From an uncultured Candidatus Peribacteria bacterium (GTDB taxonomy: Bacteria > Patescibacteriota > Gracilibacteria > UBA1369), in the NCBI GenBank assembly GCA_964526005.1, contig CAZGKO010000002.1:4927-68926 (forward strand): a stretch of 64,000 nt of DNA, read 5' to 3'. The translations under genes were made by a program, and so were the position numbers. Under the pieces are notes generated by a model, which worked only from the letters and a program-made list of their open reading frames with translations, ran no database searches and was not told the DNA's origin. Shown here in pieces: positions 25,553 through 37,084 of the stretch; position 1 is the first letter of the stretch; each line of letters starts with the position of its first letter.

Positions 25553-26308
25553 ATGGGAATAAGTGACTTAAAAGTAGAAATTGCTCCTAAAATTCTTTGG
25601 GAACCAATCAAAGGAATCCTGATTACTGATACAATCGTCACTATGTGGATTGTAATGATAATATTAATAGTGATGGGATTGATACTAAGAAAAAAATTGA
25701 AAGAAGTCCCTGGAACTTTTCAAGGATTGGCTGAATGGTCGATTGGAGGGATGTATAATTTTATGTCGGATGTTGGTGGTGAGCAAGCTAAGAAACATTT
25801 TTTGTTATTTTTAACTTTATTTTATACAATTTTAGCTTCTAATTGGTTAGGATTGATTATGGGAGTAGCAGGGGAACAAACAGGGTTCTTGAGAGTTCCA
25901 ACTAGTGACTTAAATGGAACTATTGCCTTTGCAATAGTAGCCTTTATTTATTTTGAATATCAAGGATTTAAAGAACACGGAATTGTTGGTTATATTTCAC
26001 ATTTTATAAATATTAAAGCCCTATTTACACAGGGAGGCATGGGAGTAATTGATTTTTTTCAGGGTCTTTTACATATAATTTCAGAAATTGTCCGACCGGT
26101 AGCGCTTTCTCTTCGTCTTTTTGGAAATATTTTCGGAGGGGAAATTGTACTTGCTGTTTCTTTTTTATTGATAGCACCGTTGATTCCTGTGCCATTCATG
26201 CTTTTAGAAGTTATTGTGGGATTGATTCAGGCATTTGTATTTGCCGTGTTGTTTTTAACTTTTACGGTTATGAATACTACTCATCATGCACATGAAGAAT
26301 CTTATTAA
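25553..26308 (+). CDS. atpB: F0F1 ATP synthase subunit a
   Basis: Conserved LSLRLFGNIFGGE with the essential Arg. First gene of the atp operon. Confidence 0.92.
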   Translation: MGISDLKVEIAPKILWEPIKGILITDTIVTMWIVMIILIVMGLILRKKLKEVPGTFQGLAEWSIGGMYNFMSDVGGEQAKKHFLLFLTLFYTILASNWLGLIMGVAGEQTGFLRVPTSDLNGTIAFAIVAFIYFEYQGFKEHGIVGYISHFINIKALFTQGGMGVIDFFQGLLHIISEIVRPVALSLRLFGNIFGGEIVLAVSFLLIAPLIPVPFMLLEVIVGLIQAFVFAVLFLTFTVMNTTHHAHEESY

Positions 26309-26326
26309 TTTATAATTATTTTTTAA

Positions 26327-26557
<231 letters not shown>

Positions 26558-26560
26558 GAA

Positions 26561-27097
26561 ATGTTTAGACTAATCGACTTAGTAGCTGCTGCTAGTGGAA
26601 GCGGCAGTCAAAAGGGTATTCAAATTATGCCTTCTGTAATTGCTTTTCAAACAATCAACTTAATTGTTTTCTTGTTTATTTTAAACTATTTAGTTTTTAA
26701 ACCTCTTTTAAAATTGATTAAAGAGAGAGCGGAAAAAATTAAACAAGGGGTGGAAGATGCCGAGAAAGCAAATCTAATGATTCAAGAATCAGAAGAAACC
26801 AGACATGATATTTTACGAAATACAAAATTGGAAAGTAGAGCTATTTTGGAGGATGCCAGAAAATCCGCTGAAAATGTTAAAGTAGATATTATAGAGAATG
26901 CACAAAAAGAAGCGGGGAAAATTGTGATAGCTGGCACTAATGCGGTAGAAGAACAAAAAGCAAAAGTGGCTAAGGAATTACAATCTAAAATGGCTGATAT
27001 GGTAGTAATGGCAGCTGAAAAAATATTACGAAAAAAGATTGATAGTAATACTGATGCTAATTTAATTGAAGAAAGTATTAAATCGGTAAATATTTAA
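26561..27097 (+). CDS. atpF: F0F1 ATP synthase subunit b
   Basis: One N-terminal TM segment followed by a long charged helix. Position in the operon fits. Confidence 0.85.
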   Translation: MFRLIDLVAAASGSGSQKGIQIMPSVIAFQTINLIVFLFILNYLVFKPLLKLIKERAEKIKQGVEDAEKANLMIQESEETRHDILRNTKLESRAILEDARKSAENVKVDIIENAQKEAGKIVIAGTNAVEEQKAKVAKELQSKMADMVVMAAEKILRKKIDSNTDANLIEESIKSVNI

Positions 27098-27138
27098 TGA
27101 ATAGATCTGGATTCATTATGACAAATTAGGATGATAAT

Positions 27139-27666
27139 ATGACAAAAAATTTACACTTAAAATTAGGCAAACTTTTATTTGCACTTGCAGAAAAAAATCA
27201 TTCGTTAGAAGAAACGTTTTTGCAATTAAAAATCTTAAATAAATTGTTTGCTGATAAAAAATTACAATTTAAAGTTAAATATTTAAATAGAATTGAGGTG
27301 AAAATATTATCTCAATTTGCCAAAGAAGATCTGCAATTAAATGAATTGATGAAAAATTTACTAGTAATATTGTGGAAAAGTAAATTGATAGATTTGCTCC
27401 CAAAAATTTTGGAAATATTTAAAAAGAATTATTTTTCAAAAGTAAAAATTTCAGAAATGGAATTAATTATCGCCCGACAATTTAGTGAACAGGAAATGGA
27501 AAATATTATTAAAAAATTAAAAGCAAAGACTGAGAAAAAATTAGAAATAAGTATAAAAATTTCCGATAATTTAATTGGGGGTATACAAATTTTTAACAAT
27601 GGTAAATTAACAGATTTAAGTATAAAAGCCCGTCTCACTCAACTTAAACAAGTATTATCAAATTAA
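27139..27666 (+). CDS. atpH: F0F1 ATP synthase subunit delta
   Basis: Position between b and alpha. C-terminal LIGGIQI....DLSIKARL is OSCP-like. Confidence 0.8.
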   Translation: MTKNLHLKLGKLLFALAEKNHSLEETFLQLKILNKLFADKKLQFKVKYLNRIEVKILSQFAKEDLQLNELMKNLLVILWKSKLIDLLPKILEIFKKNYFSKVKISEMELIIARQFSEQEMENIIKKLKAKTEKKLEISIKISDNLIGGIQIFNNGKLTDLSIKARLTQLKQVLSN

Positions 27667-27679
27667 TTAATTATTAGAT

Positions 27680-29194
27680 ATGAAAATTGACGCTAAAAAA
27701 CTAAGTAGCTTTATTGAAGATCAACTTTCTAACTTGGATTTTAAACCGGAAAGTGTGACTGTAGGAAAGATTATTCTAGTGGGAGACGGGGTGGCTCAAG
27801 TCAGTGGATTAGCCGAAGTCAAAATGGGAGAAATGGTGGATTTTGGAAATGACACCTATGGAATGGCGATCAATTTAACTCATGATGCCGTTGGTTGTAT
27901 TTTATTTGGAAGTGGTACTAATTTGAGAGAAGGGGATTTAGTGAAAAGTACTGGTAGAATTATGGAGGTTCCCGTGGGGGATGCATTAACTGGAAGAGTT
28001 GTAAATGCTCTTGGTCAACCGATTGATGGTCTTGGTGAAATTAAAAGTAATAAATTTAGACCAATTGAACAAAAGGCTGAAGGTGTAATTTATAGGAAAT
28101 CCGTTTCGGTCCCTTTACAAACTGGTATTAAAGCAATTGATGCAATGATCCCGGTGGGAAGAGGACAACGTGAATTAATTATTGGTGATCGCCAAATCGG
28201 AAAAACAGCGATAGCCGTGGATACAATTATTAATCAAAAAGGGAAAAATGTTCATTGCTTTTATGTGGCAATTGGACAAAAACAATCAACAATTGCAACA
28301 GTGGTAAATAAACTTCGTGAAGCTGGAGCAATTGACTACACAACTATTATTGTAACTTCTGCCGCTGATGCTGCTGCGCTTTCTTTTATCGCTCCATATA
28401 GTGGATGTGCAATGGCTGAAGATGTGATGTACTCAGGCAAGGATGCTGTAATTATTTATGATGATCTTTCTAAACATGCATGGGCTTATCGCGAAGTGTC
28501 TCTACTATTAAAAAGACCACCGGGGCGTGAAGCATATCCAGGAGATATTTTTTATTTACATTCTAAACTTTTGGAAAGATCTTCAAGACTTTCTGATGAT
28601 AAAGGAGGGGGATCAATTACAGCTTTACCAATTATTGAAACTCAAGCGGGTGATGTTTCCGCATATATTCCAACAAATGTTATTTCTATTACAGATGGAC
28701 AAATTTATCTAGAAGGTGAAGCTTTTTATGCTGGTAAAAGACCAGCTATTAATCCGGGACTTTCAGTATCTAGAGTAGGAGGTTCCGCACAAATCCCTGT
28801 GATGAAAAAAGTGGCTGGAAACTTACGTTTGTCCTTAGCTCAATTTAGAGAATTGGAGAGTTTTGCTCAAATCGGTTCTGATTTAGATGTGACAACAAAG
28901 GCAAAACTCGATCGTGGGCAAAGAATTGTGGAAGTGTTGAAACAGCCACAATATCAACCACTTCCAGTTTATAAACAAATTGCTATTATTTATGCGGTAA
29001 ATAATGGATTTTTAGATGATGTGGAAGTAAAAGATATTAAAGATTTCGAGGAGAAACTTTATAATTTTTTGGATTCAAAATATAAAGGTGTAGAAGAAAT
29101 TTTAATGAATGCCAAAAAATTTGATGAAAAAATAGAAAATGAATTGAAAAAAATCATTGTTGAATTTAAAGCAGGTTGGGCGGCAGTAAAATAA
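27680..29194 (+). CDS. atpA: F0F1 ATP synthase subunit alpha
   Basis: Walker A GDRQIGKT and ITDGQIYLE. Confidence 0.97.
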   Translation: MKIDAKKLSSFIEDQLSNLDFKPESVTVGKIILVGDGVAQVSGLAEVKMGEMVDFGNDTYGMAINLTHDAVGCILFGSGTNLREGDLVKSTGRIMEVPVGDALTGRVVNALGQPIDGLGEIKSNKFRPIEQKAEGVIYRKSVSVPLQTGIKAIDAMIPVGRGQRELIIGDRQIGKTAIAVDTIINQKGKNVHCFYVAIGQKQSTIATVVNKLREAGAIDYTTIIVTSAADAAALSFIAPYSGCAMAEDVMYSGKDAVIIYDDLSKHAWAYREVSLLLKRPPGREAYPGDIFYLHSKLLERSSRLSDDKGGGSITALPIIETQAGDVSAYIPTNVISITDGQIYLEGEAFYAGKRPAINPGLSVSRVGGSAQIPVMKKVAGNLRLSLAQFRELESFAQIGSDLDVTTKAKLDRGQRIVEVLKQPQYQPLPVYKQIAIIYAVNNGFLDDVEVKDIKDFEEKLYNFLDSKYKGVEEILMNAKKFDEKIENELKKIIVEFKAGWAAVK

Positions 29195-29236
29195 TTATAC
29201 TAATTTTATATTAGATCCCTGATCGAAATTGGGGTC

Positions 29237-30112
29237 ATGAAACTAAATATGTCTACACTAAGAGAAATTAAATTAAGAATTAAATCAGTTAAGTCTACTC
29301 AGAAAATTACGAAAGCAATGGAAATGGTGGCCGCTTCCAAAATGCGCCGTGCCCAAGCAATGGCTTTAAGAGGTCGTCCTTATATAAATAAAATGGTAGA
29401 ATCAATCTCACATTTATTACATTCTTCTGAACCGGCATTAAGTCATGTATTACTGGAAAAAAGAAAAGAAGTAAAAAAAATTGGTTATTTATTAATTACT
29501 TCCAATCGTGGACTTTGTGGAGCTTTTAATACAAATGTGAATAAAGCAATTTTAGAAATAATGATGCAAAATGATAATAAAAATCAACAAGTTGTGACCG
29601 TGGGAAGAAAAGGGAAACAATTAATGGAAAGACTGGGAAAAGGCTTATTAGCAGATTTTTCTGATTTGAGTGATAAACCTGATTTATATGATACTGCTGG
29701 TATTTCACGTATTTTATTAGACCAGTTTGTAAAAGAAAATTTTGATGAAGTTTATGTGGTTTATAATCATTTTTATTCAGTTTTAAATCAAAAACCGAAA
29801 ATTAAAAAACTTTTTCCAATTGAAGCAGATGTGGAATTTCAAATTAGTGATAGAAAAGCAGATTATATTTTTGAAGGAAATAAAGAGCATTTATTGGACA
29901 AGCTTTTAAAGCGCTATATATTTGCTATTGTTTATCAATTAATTTTAGAGTCATTAGCTTCTGAACAAAGTGCAAGAATGATGGCTATGAGAAAAGCTTC
30001 AGATAGTGCTAAAGAAATAGTGGGTAATTTAACTCTGGATTATAATAAAGGTAGACAGGCAAAAATTACTACTCAAATTTTGGAAATTGTGAGTGGTTCA
30101 GTACAAAATTAA
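29237..30112 (+). CDS. atpG: F0F1 ATP synthase subunit gamma
   Basis: IKSVKSTQKITKAMEMVAASKMRRAQ at the N-terminus and ITTQILEIVSG at the C-terminus. Confidence 0.93.
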   Translation: MKLNMSTLREIKLRIKSVKSTQKITKAMEMVAASKMRRAQAMALRGRPYINKMVESISHLLHSSEPALSHVLLEKRKEVKKIGYLLITSNRGLCGAFNTNVNKAILEIMMQNDNKNQQVVTVGRKGKQLMERLGKGLLADFSDLSDKPDLYDTAGISRILLDQFVKENFDEVYVVYNHFYSVLNQKPKIKKLFPIEADVEFQISDRKADYIFEGNKEHLLDKLLKRYIFAIVYQLILESLASEQSARMMAMRKASDSAKEIVGNLTLDYNKGRQAKITTQILEIVSGSVQN

Positions 30113-30120
30113 TTTAATAA

Positions 30121-31524
<1,404 letters not shown>

Positions 31525-31529
31525 TACTG

Positions 31530-31940
31530 ATGTTTAAGATCAATGTAATATCAGCGGAAAAACAATTGTTTGAAGGAGAAATTGAATTTCTCACTGTTCC
31601 AACAGTTACAGGTGAAGTGGGTATTCTTGCTCATCATCATCCTTTAATTGCAGAATTGGGATTAGGAGGATTAAAATTGGTAAATAAAGATAAAACTGAA
31701 CAAATGATCTTTGTGGCTGGTGGTTTTATGGAGGTTTCCAATAATCAAGTTACAATATTGGCTGATTCTGCAGAAAAAATTGAAGATATTGAAGTGGAAA
31801 AGGCAAAAGAAGCCCGTCAAAAAGCAGAAAAAGAGATGAAGGAAGCAAAATCTGATGTAGATAAGCAAAAACTACTAACTGAAATTAATTTGCAAATAAT
31901 GAAAGAGAAAATTGCGGGTATTGCTAAATATAAGAAATAA
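31530..31940 (+). CDS. atpC: F0F1 ATP synthase subunit epsilon
   Basis: Last gene of the operon. GEVGILAHHHPLI motif. Confidence 0.88.
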   Translation: MFKINVISAEKQLFEGEIEFLTVPTVTGEVGILAHHHPLIAELGLGGLKLVNKDKTEQMIFVAGGFMEVSNNQVTILADSAEKIEDIEVEKAKEARQKAEKEMKEAKSDVDKQKLLTEINLQIMKEKIAGIAKYKK

Positions 31941-32043
31941 AGCCAATACTGATTGTTTGATTACCCAGATCCCTTGACGGAAAGTGTTTTTTGTTGTATC
32001 ATATATATGATATATATTAAATTTAATACCAAAACTAAAATAT

Positions 32044-32253
32044 ATGGAAGATCTTAATAAGTATAAAGTATTAGTTGTTTCAGCACTAGTTGCATTTGGA
32101 GCTGCTAGCTTAGCTTTAAGCTCAATGACTGCAAGAGGGGGATTAGCTAGCATTTTTAATGCAAAAAACTTTAAACAAACTGTCACGCATCAATATACAA
32201 CTCAAGTTAATGTGAAAAATACAAATATGAATAAGACTGATTATGGGTCGTAA
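32044..32253 (+). CDS. small putative secreted/membrane protein (69 aa)
   Basis: N-terminal hydrophobic helix VLVVSALVAFGAASLALSSMTA resembles a signal peptide. Competes with a less plausible antisense ORF. Confidence 0.35.
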   Translation: MEDLNKYKVLVVSALVAFGAASLALSSMTARGGLASIFNAKNFKQTVTHQYTTQVNVKNTNMNKTDYGS

Positions 32254-32430
32254 ACCTGGAATTTAGTTGGATTAGGATAACTGGAGAATTACGAGAGGAT
32301 TGCATACTTGAGGTTTAGAATGAAAAACCCCCTCGGTTCAGAATGTATACAAAAACTTGTTTTTAATAAAATTATGTGATATTATCTCTTTAGAGTGGTC
32401 AAAAGATATATTTTGACTAATTTACGATAA

Positions 32431-34572
32431 ATGGAAAATCAGAAAAATGACGGTAGTGGACGCAAATTCGATGTGCTAGACAAGTGGTTAAAACAAACTC
32501 TTCATCTAGATAGTAATCAGAAAACGCAACAAACTGCTTCAACAAATAAACAGGCAAATTTGAATTCATCTTCAAATTCTAATGCCAATAAACAGGTTTA
32601 TCATCATAAATCTGTACAAAATCAGAATTTTTCTAAAAAATCTCAATACGGATCGACTCACCACAATAAATCTGGTGCTTCCCAAAAATACGATCACTCT
32701 TATGGGCAGTCCAAAAATAAAAATTGGGGGAGAAAATCAGAGAGAGATAATAAAAAAAATTCAGGCTCAAAACAAAATAATGGAAATTTTACTGGAGGTG
32801 ACCGCTGGAATCGTGGACATTTCAATCAAAGACATAAATTCCAAAGTGCCTTACGTCGAGCTACTCAAGCTGGTCAAAACCCCTTAATCAGTAATCCGAA
32901 AGGAGTGCTTAGAATAGTCCCAATCGGTGGTCTTGATGAAGTGGGGAAAAATACTATGGTAATGGAATATGAAGATTCAATCTTTTTAATTGATCTTGGT
33001 TTTCAATTCCCAGAAGCAGATATGCTTGGTGTTGATTACGTTATTCCCGATATTACTTATTTACAAAATCGGATTAATAAGGTGAAAGGAATTGTGATTA
33101 CCCATGGACATCTTGATCATATTGGAGCAATACCATATTTATTGCCTAAACTAGGATTTCCGCCAATTTATGCCGGAAAACTAGCAATGGGATTGGTTAA
33201 AAAACAACTTGAAGAACATGGTCTCTTGAATCAAGTTGATCTTCGTACTTTAAATTTTACAGAAACACTTCATTTTGGCATGATGCAAGTTTCATTTTTT
33301 AGAGTGACTCATTCTATTCCTGATGCATGCGGATTATTTATTGAAACACCAGCTGGAAATATTTTGCATACTGGTGATTTCAAAATAGATTTATCACCTG
33401 CAGGAGCACAATTACCCCCCGATTTCTTGAGAATAGTCAGTTTCAGTCAAAAGAAAATTACCATAATGATGAGTGATTCAACTAATGCCACTAAACCAGG
33501 ATTTACAATTTCGGAAAAGAAAATTGGTATTACTCTGAATAAAATCATTAAAGATGCGACTAGTCGTATAATTATCGCTTCATTTTCTTCTCAAATTGCG
33601 CGTGTTCAACAAATTATTGATGCTGCTGTTAAATATCATAAGAAAATTTATTTAAGTGGACGTAGTTTAATTAATAATGTAGCTATGGCTCGTGAAATTG
33701 GATATTTAAAATTTCCTCAAGGTATGATTATTGATATTCGCAAATCGAAAAAACATCCTCATGATAATGCTATAATTTTAACTACAGGGTCGCAGGGTGA
33801 ACCAGTATCAGCTTTGTCCATAATGGCTTTAAATGAACACTCTCAAGTAAAAATTAATAAAGGAGATACTGTTATTCTTTCTTCATCTCCGATTCCCGGG
33901 AATGAAATGGCAGTAATTCGAGTGATTAATAATCTTGTAAGATTGGGAGCAAAAGTAATTCATAATCAAATTATGGATGTTCATGCTTCTGGGCATGGTC
34001 AACAGGAAGATTTAAAACTGATGTTCTCATTGGTTAAACCTAAATATTTCGTTCCAATTCATGGTGAATATTATATGCGTAAAACTCATGGAGATTTGAT
34101 GGTGGATGATTTAAATCATCCAGCTGATAAAATGTTGATGATAGATAATGGAGATATTTTGGAAATGAAAAATAATGAAGTAAAAATAAGTTCTGAAAAA
34201 ACTGAGAATAAATATATTCTGATTGATGGAATGGGAAGAGGGGATATCGGCTCCCAAGTGATGATGGATCGCCAAATTTTGGCTGAAAACGGTGTGATTG
34301 TTTTGATTTGTAAAATTGATCGAGTTACCAAAATACTGCATAGTACTGTGGACGTGGAAACTCGTGGATTTATTTATATGAATGAATCAGAGGAAATTCT
34401 TAGTGGAATCAAAGTGCGAGCTCAAGCTGCTTTGGGTGTTTTTATTAAACAGAAATCAAATGGAATTAATCCTGAAGAATTAAAATTATATTTACGTAAA
34501 ATAATTGATCAATTTGTATTATCAAAAATTGATCGACAGCCTTTGATCATCCCAATGATTGTCGTAATATAA
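32431..34572 (+). CDS. rnj: ribonuclease J with ~150-aa N/Q/S/K/H-rich N-terminal extension
   Basis: Metallo-beta-lactamase HGHLDHIG and beta-CASP/RNase J motifs (GDFKID, HASGHG). The low-complexity extension spans nt 32431-32880. Confidence 0.93.
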   Translation: MENQKNDGSGRKFDVLDKWLKQTLHLDSNQKTQQTASTNKQANLNSSSNSNANKQVYHHKSVQNQNFSKKSQYGSTHHNKSGASQKYDHSYGQSKNKNWGRKSERDNKKNSGSKQNNGNFTGGDRWNRGHFNQRHKFQSALRRATQAGQNPLISNPKGVLRIVPIGGLDEVGKNTMVMEYEDSIFLIDLGFQFPEADMLGVDYVIPDITYLQNRINKVKGIVITHGHLDHIGAIPYLLPKLGFPPIYAGKLAMGLVKKQLEEHGLLNQVDLRTLNFTETLHFGMMQVSFFRVTHSIPDACGLFIETPAGNILHTGDFKIDLSPAGAQLPPDFLRIVSFSQKKITIMMSDSTNATKPGFTISEKKIGITLNKIIKDATSRIIIASFSSQIARVQQIIDAAVKYHKKIYLSGRSLINNVAMAREIGYLKFPQGMIIDIRKSKKHPHDNAIILTTGSQGEPVSALSIMALNEHSQVKINKGDTVILSSSPIPGNEMAVIRVINNLVRLGAKVIHNQIMDVHASGHGQQEDLKLMFSLVKPKYFVPIHGEYYMRKTHGDLMVDDLNHPADKMLMIDNGDILEMKNNEVKISSEKTENKYILIDGMGRGDIGSQVMMDRQILAENGVIVLICKIDRVTKILHSTVDVETRGFIYMNESEEILSGIKVRAQAALGVFIKQKSNGINPEELKLYLRKIIDQFVLSKIDRQPLIIPMIVVI

Positions 34573-34581
34573 ATTGAGCTT

Positions 34582-34609
34582 AAAAAGTCCCGCTGAAGCG
34601 GGACTTTTT
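34582..34609. terminator. bidirectional intrinsic terminator between convergent genes
   Basis: aaaaagtcccgc-tgaa-gcgggacttttt: a GC core stem flanked by an A-run and a T-run. Overlaps the stop codon of 34608..35570. Confidence 0.8.
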
Positions 34610-35570
34610 AAGCTATAGCCTTAGGTTCTTTGCCTGCATAACGATAAAAATCAGCTACAGTGACATAAGTCTTCCCTTTGGAAATCGCGGGGTTTTGTTT
34701 TGCAACTTTGCGTGCATAGGAATCGCTTTTCTTAGAACCAAGAACAAAATTACTGGGTTTACCAAGTGCAGCTGGATAAAATGTTGCTAAATATAAATTA
34801 GCATAAGAATGTATTTTTCCAAAATACGGAGTAAAAAATTTTTCAACATAGTCTAATTGTTGAATCCCGCTCATATTAGCTAGCTCATTGACCGTGGTAC
34901 CAAGATGTCTGGCAGTGTTTGGCATGAATTGAATTAAACCTGTAGCATGAGTTTTGCTATTAATAGCGTATGGATTAATACCAGATTCTTTCCGCATAAT
35001 TTTTAACAATGCAGCACGACTACAGCCGATTTTACTAACAATTTGGTCAACTTTAGCTAAAAATTGGGGATTACTGCTTAATTTATTTCCTTTGATTATT
35101 TCATGTGAATTTGGCGGTTGCTTAATAAATTTTTTAAAAAATTTATTAACTTTTGATAATTCCCTAGATGGTAAATTTATCTTTCCCAAAAAATTTTTTT
35201 TCTCTGAGTATTGTTTTAGGTTAATATGAAGAAAATAACTAAGAAAAATCATTATACTTGGTGGAATCATTTTAAAAATTTTGCTAAAAAATTTTTTTTT
35301 AATATTGCTAATTTTTTCTTTAATTTCTTTCTGAATTAAAAAATTTTTAGGGAAAGAAGAGGGAGCTATTTTTTGTTGTACTTTTTGACTCTTTTTTAAA
35401 ATTTCATGGGTACTTAATTCGTGAAAATCGGTCAACTGTCTATCTTCTTCAGCTTGTTTGCCGACTAATTTTGGATTTTTGCTGTTTCGCCATTTGGCTT
35501 TAAAGGTATTCTTCAGATCTTTTTCAATTTGATGATTAGATGGTGCTGGTTGTGGTGATGGTTGCAACAT
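34608..35570 (-). CDS. membrane-anchored lytic transglycosylase (SLT domain)
   Basis: C-terminal LLKIMRKESGINPYAINSKTHATGLIQFMPNTARHLG (ES...GLxQ...SLT motifs). One TM segment (PPSIMIFLSYFLHI). Confidence 0.8.
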   Translation of the reverse strand: MLQPSPQPAPSNHQIEKDLKNTFKAKWRNSKNPKLVGKQAEEDRQLTDFHELSTHEILKKSQKVQQKIAPSSFPKNFLIQKEIKEKISNIKKKFFSKIFKMIPPSIMIFLSYFLHINLKQYSEKKNFLGKINLPSRELSKVNKFFKKFIKQPPNSHEIIKGNKLSSNPQFLAKVDQIVSKIGCSRAALLKIMRKESGINPYAINSKTHATGLIQFMPNTARHLGTTVNELANMSGIQQLDYVEKFFTPYFGKIHSYANLYLATFYPAALGKPSNFVLGSKKSDSYARKVAKQNPAISKGKTYVTVADFYRYAGKEPKAIA

Positions 35571-35754
35571 AAGAGAGAAAATGGGTTCTGTTATATTCAG
35601 ACTATTATATCATTAAAACACTTATATTAAAATTATTTTTTCATTCTGGTTATGATTATGATCCTGTTCCGATTATGAATTAAGTTTTAAGTTCAGGATG
35701 GGGTTTGAGAAATATTCTCTGGTTGAGATGAGAAAAATGGAATGCAAGAGGGTT

Positions 35755-37026
35755 TTAATGATGACGATGGCTAAGTTTTTCTTTAATTTTAAGTTCCAGA
35801 CCGCGATCAGTGGGGTGATAATACTGGTGATTTTTTAAGGCTGAAGGAAGATGTTCTTGTGCGACAAAAGCGTTTTCAAAATTATGAGCATATTTATAAT
35901 TTTTTCCATAATTTAATTCTTTCATTAATTTGGTGGGGGCATTACGAATATGTAAAGGTACTTCTAAATTACCTGTTTTGTGGATATCAAATTTGATTTG
36001 ATTAATCGCCTGATAAAGGGCGTTAGATTTAGGTGCAATGGAACAATGAACTACTGCCTGAGCCAAATTAACTTCACATTCGGGCATACCGATAAAATGT
36101 GAAGCTTGATAGGCTGCAACTGTTGTTTGCAAACAATGAGGGTCAGTCATTCCAATATCTTCGGAGGCAAAACGAATTAAACGACGGGCGATGTAAAGAG
36201 GATCTTCTCCGCCAGAAAGCATGCGCTGCATCCAATAAAGTGCGCCATCAGGATCGGAATCACGCATAGATTTATGTAGAGCAGAAATAATATTGTAATG
36301 TTCTTCACTATTTTTATCATAACGAAGGTTTTTTCTCTGAAGTATCGTTCCAATAATTACTGGTGTGATTTTTTTATCGGTATTTACTTTTAAAATTATT
36401 TCTAAAGTATTTATTAAATTACGAGCGTCACCATTAGCAAAATTAATTAAATACTTAATTGCTTCTTTGGAAAATACTGGAAATGTTTGCCTGGTTATTT
36501 CTTCAACTTTTTGTAAAGCTCTGTGAAGAATGTTTTCCATAGCTTTAAAGCTTAAAGTTTCAAAAATAAATACTTGACAACGTGAAAGGAGAGCAGAATT
36601 AACTTCAAAAGATGGATTTTCAGTAGTAGCACCGATTAAAGTGATAGTTCCACGTTCGGTGTGAGGAAGAAGAGCATCTTGTTGAGATTTGTTGAAGCGA
36701 TGAATTTCATCAATAAAAACAATGGTCGGATTTCCAAGTCTTTTATAATCCTGAGCTTCTGCTATGATAGCTCGAAGTTCAGTTAAACCGGTAGAGACTG
36801 CAGAAAAACTGATATAACGAGATTTGGTTTTTTGAGCTATTATTTGCGCCAAAGTGGTTTTTCCAATACCCGGTGGTCCCCAGAAAATCATATTATGAAG
36901 CTGATCGCTTTGAATCAACTTCCGAAGTAATTTGCCGTTACCTAAAATGTTTTCTTGTCCAAAAAATTCTTCGAGAGTAGTGGGTCGTAATAAATTAGCT
37001 AAAGGCTCGGTCAAATTTAAATTCAT
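35755..37026 (-). CDS. rarA: replication-associated recombination protein A (AAA+ ATPase)
   Basis: Walker A GPPGIGKTTLA, Walker B VFIDEIHRFNK, and C-terminal MgsA motifs (YDKNSEEHYNIISALHKSMRDSDPDGALYW). Confidence 0.93.
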   Translation of the reverse strand: MNLNLTEPLANLLRPTTLEEFFGQENILGNGKLLRKLIQSDQLHNMIFWGPPGIGKTTLAQIIAQKTKSRYISFSAVSTGLTELRAIIAEAQDYKRLGNPTIVFIDEIHRFNKSQQDALLPHTERGTITLIGATTENPSFEVNSALLSRCQVFIFETLSFKAMENILHRALQKVEEITRQTFPVFSKEAIKYLINFANGDARNLINTLEIILKVNTDKKITPVIIGTILQRKNLRYDKNSEEHYNIISALHKSMRDSDPDGALYWMQRMLSGGEDPLYIARRLIRFASEDIGMTDPHCLQTTVAAYQASHFIGMPECEVNLAQAVVHCSIAPKSNALYQAINQIKFDIHKTGNLEVPLHIRNAPTKLMKELNYGKNYKYAHNFENAFVAQEHLPSALKNHQYYHPTDRGLELKIKEKLSHRHH

Positions 37027-37084
37027 ATTAAAAAGAGAGGATTGTTATATTACGATTGTATAGTAAAACTATTAGTGTAATCAA

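Noticed and set aside
31875-32186. ORF 31875..32186(-), 103 aa
   Set aside because: It overlaps the 3' end of atpC and the more plausible signal-peptide-bearing plus-strand ORF 32044..32253.
32582-32887. Alternative-frame ORF inside the RNase J N-terminal extension
   Set aside because: It is on the same strand but out of frame with a continuous RNase J reading frame. It arises from the low-complexity A-rich sequence.
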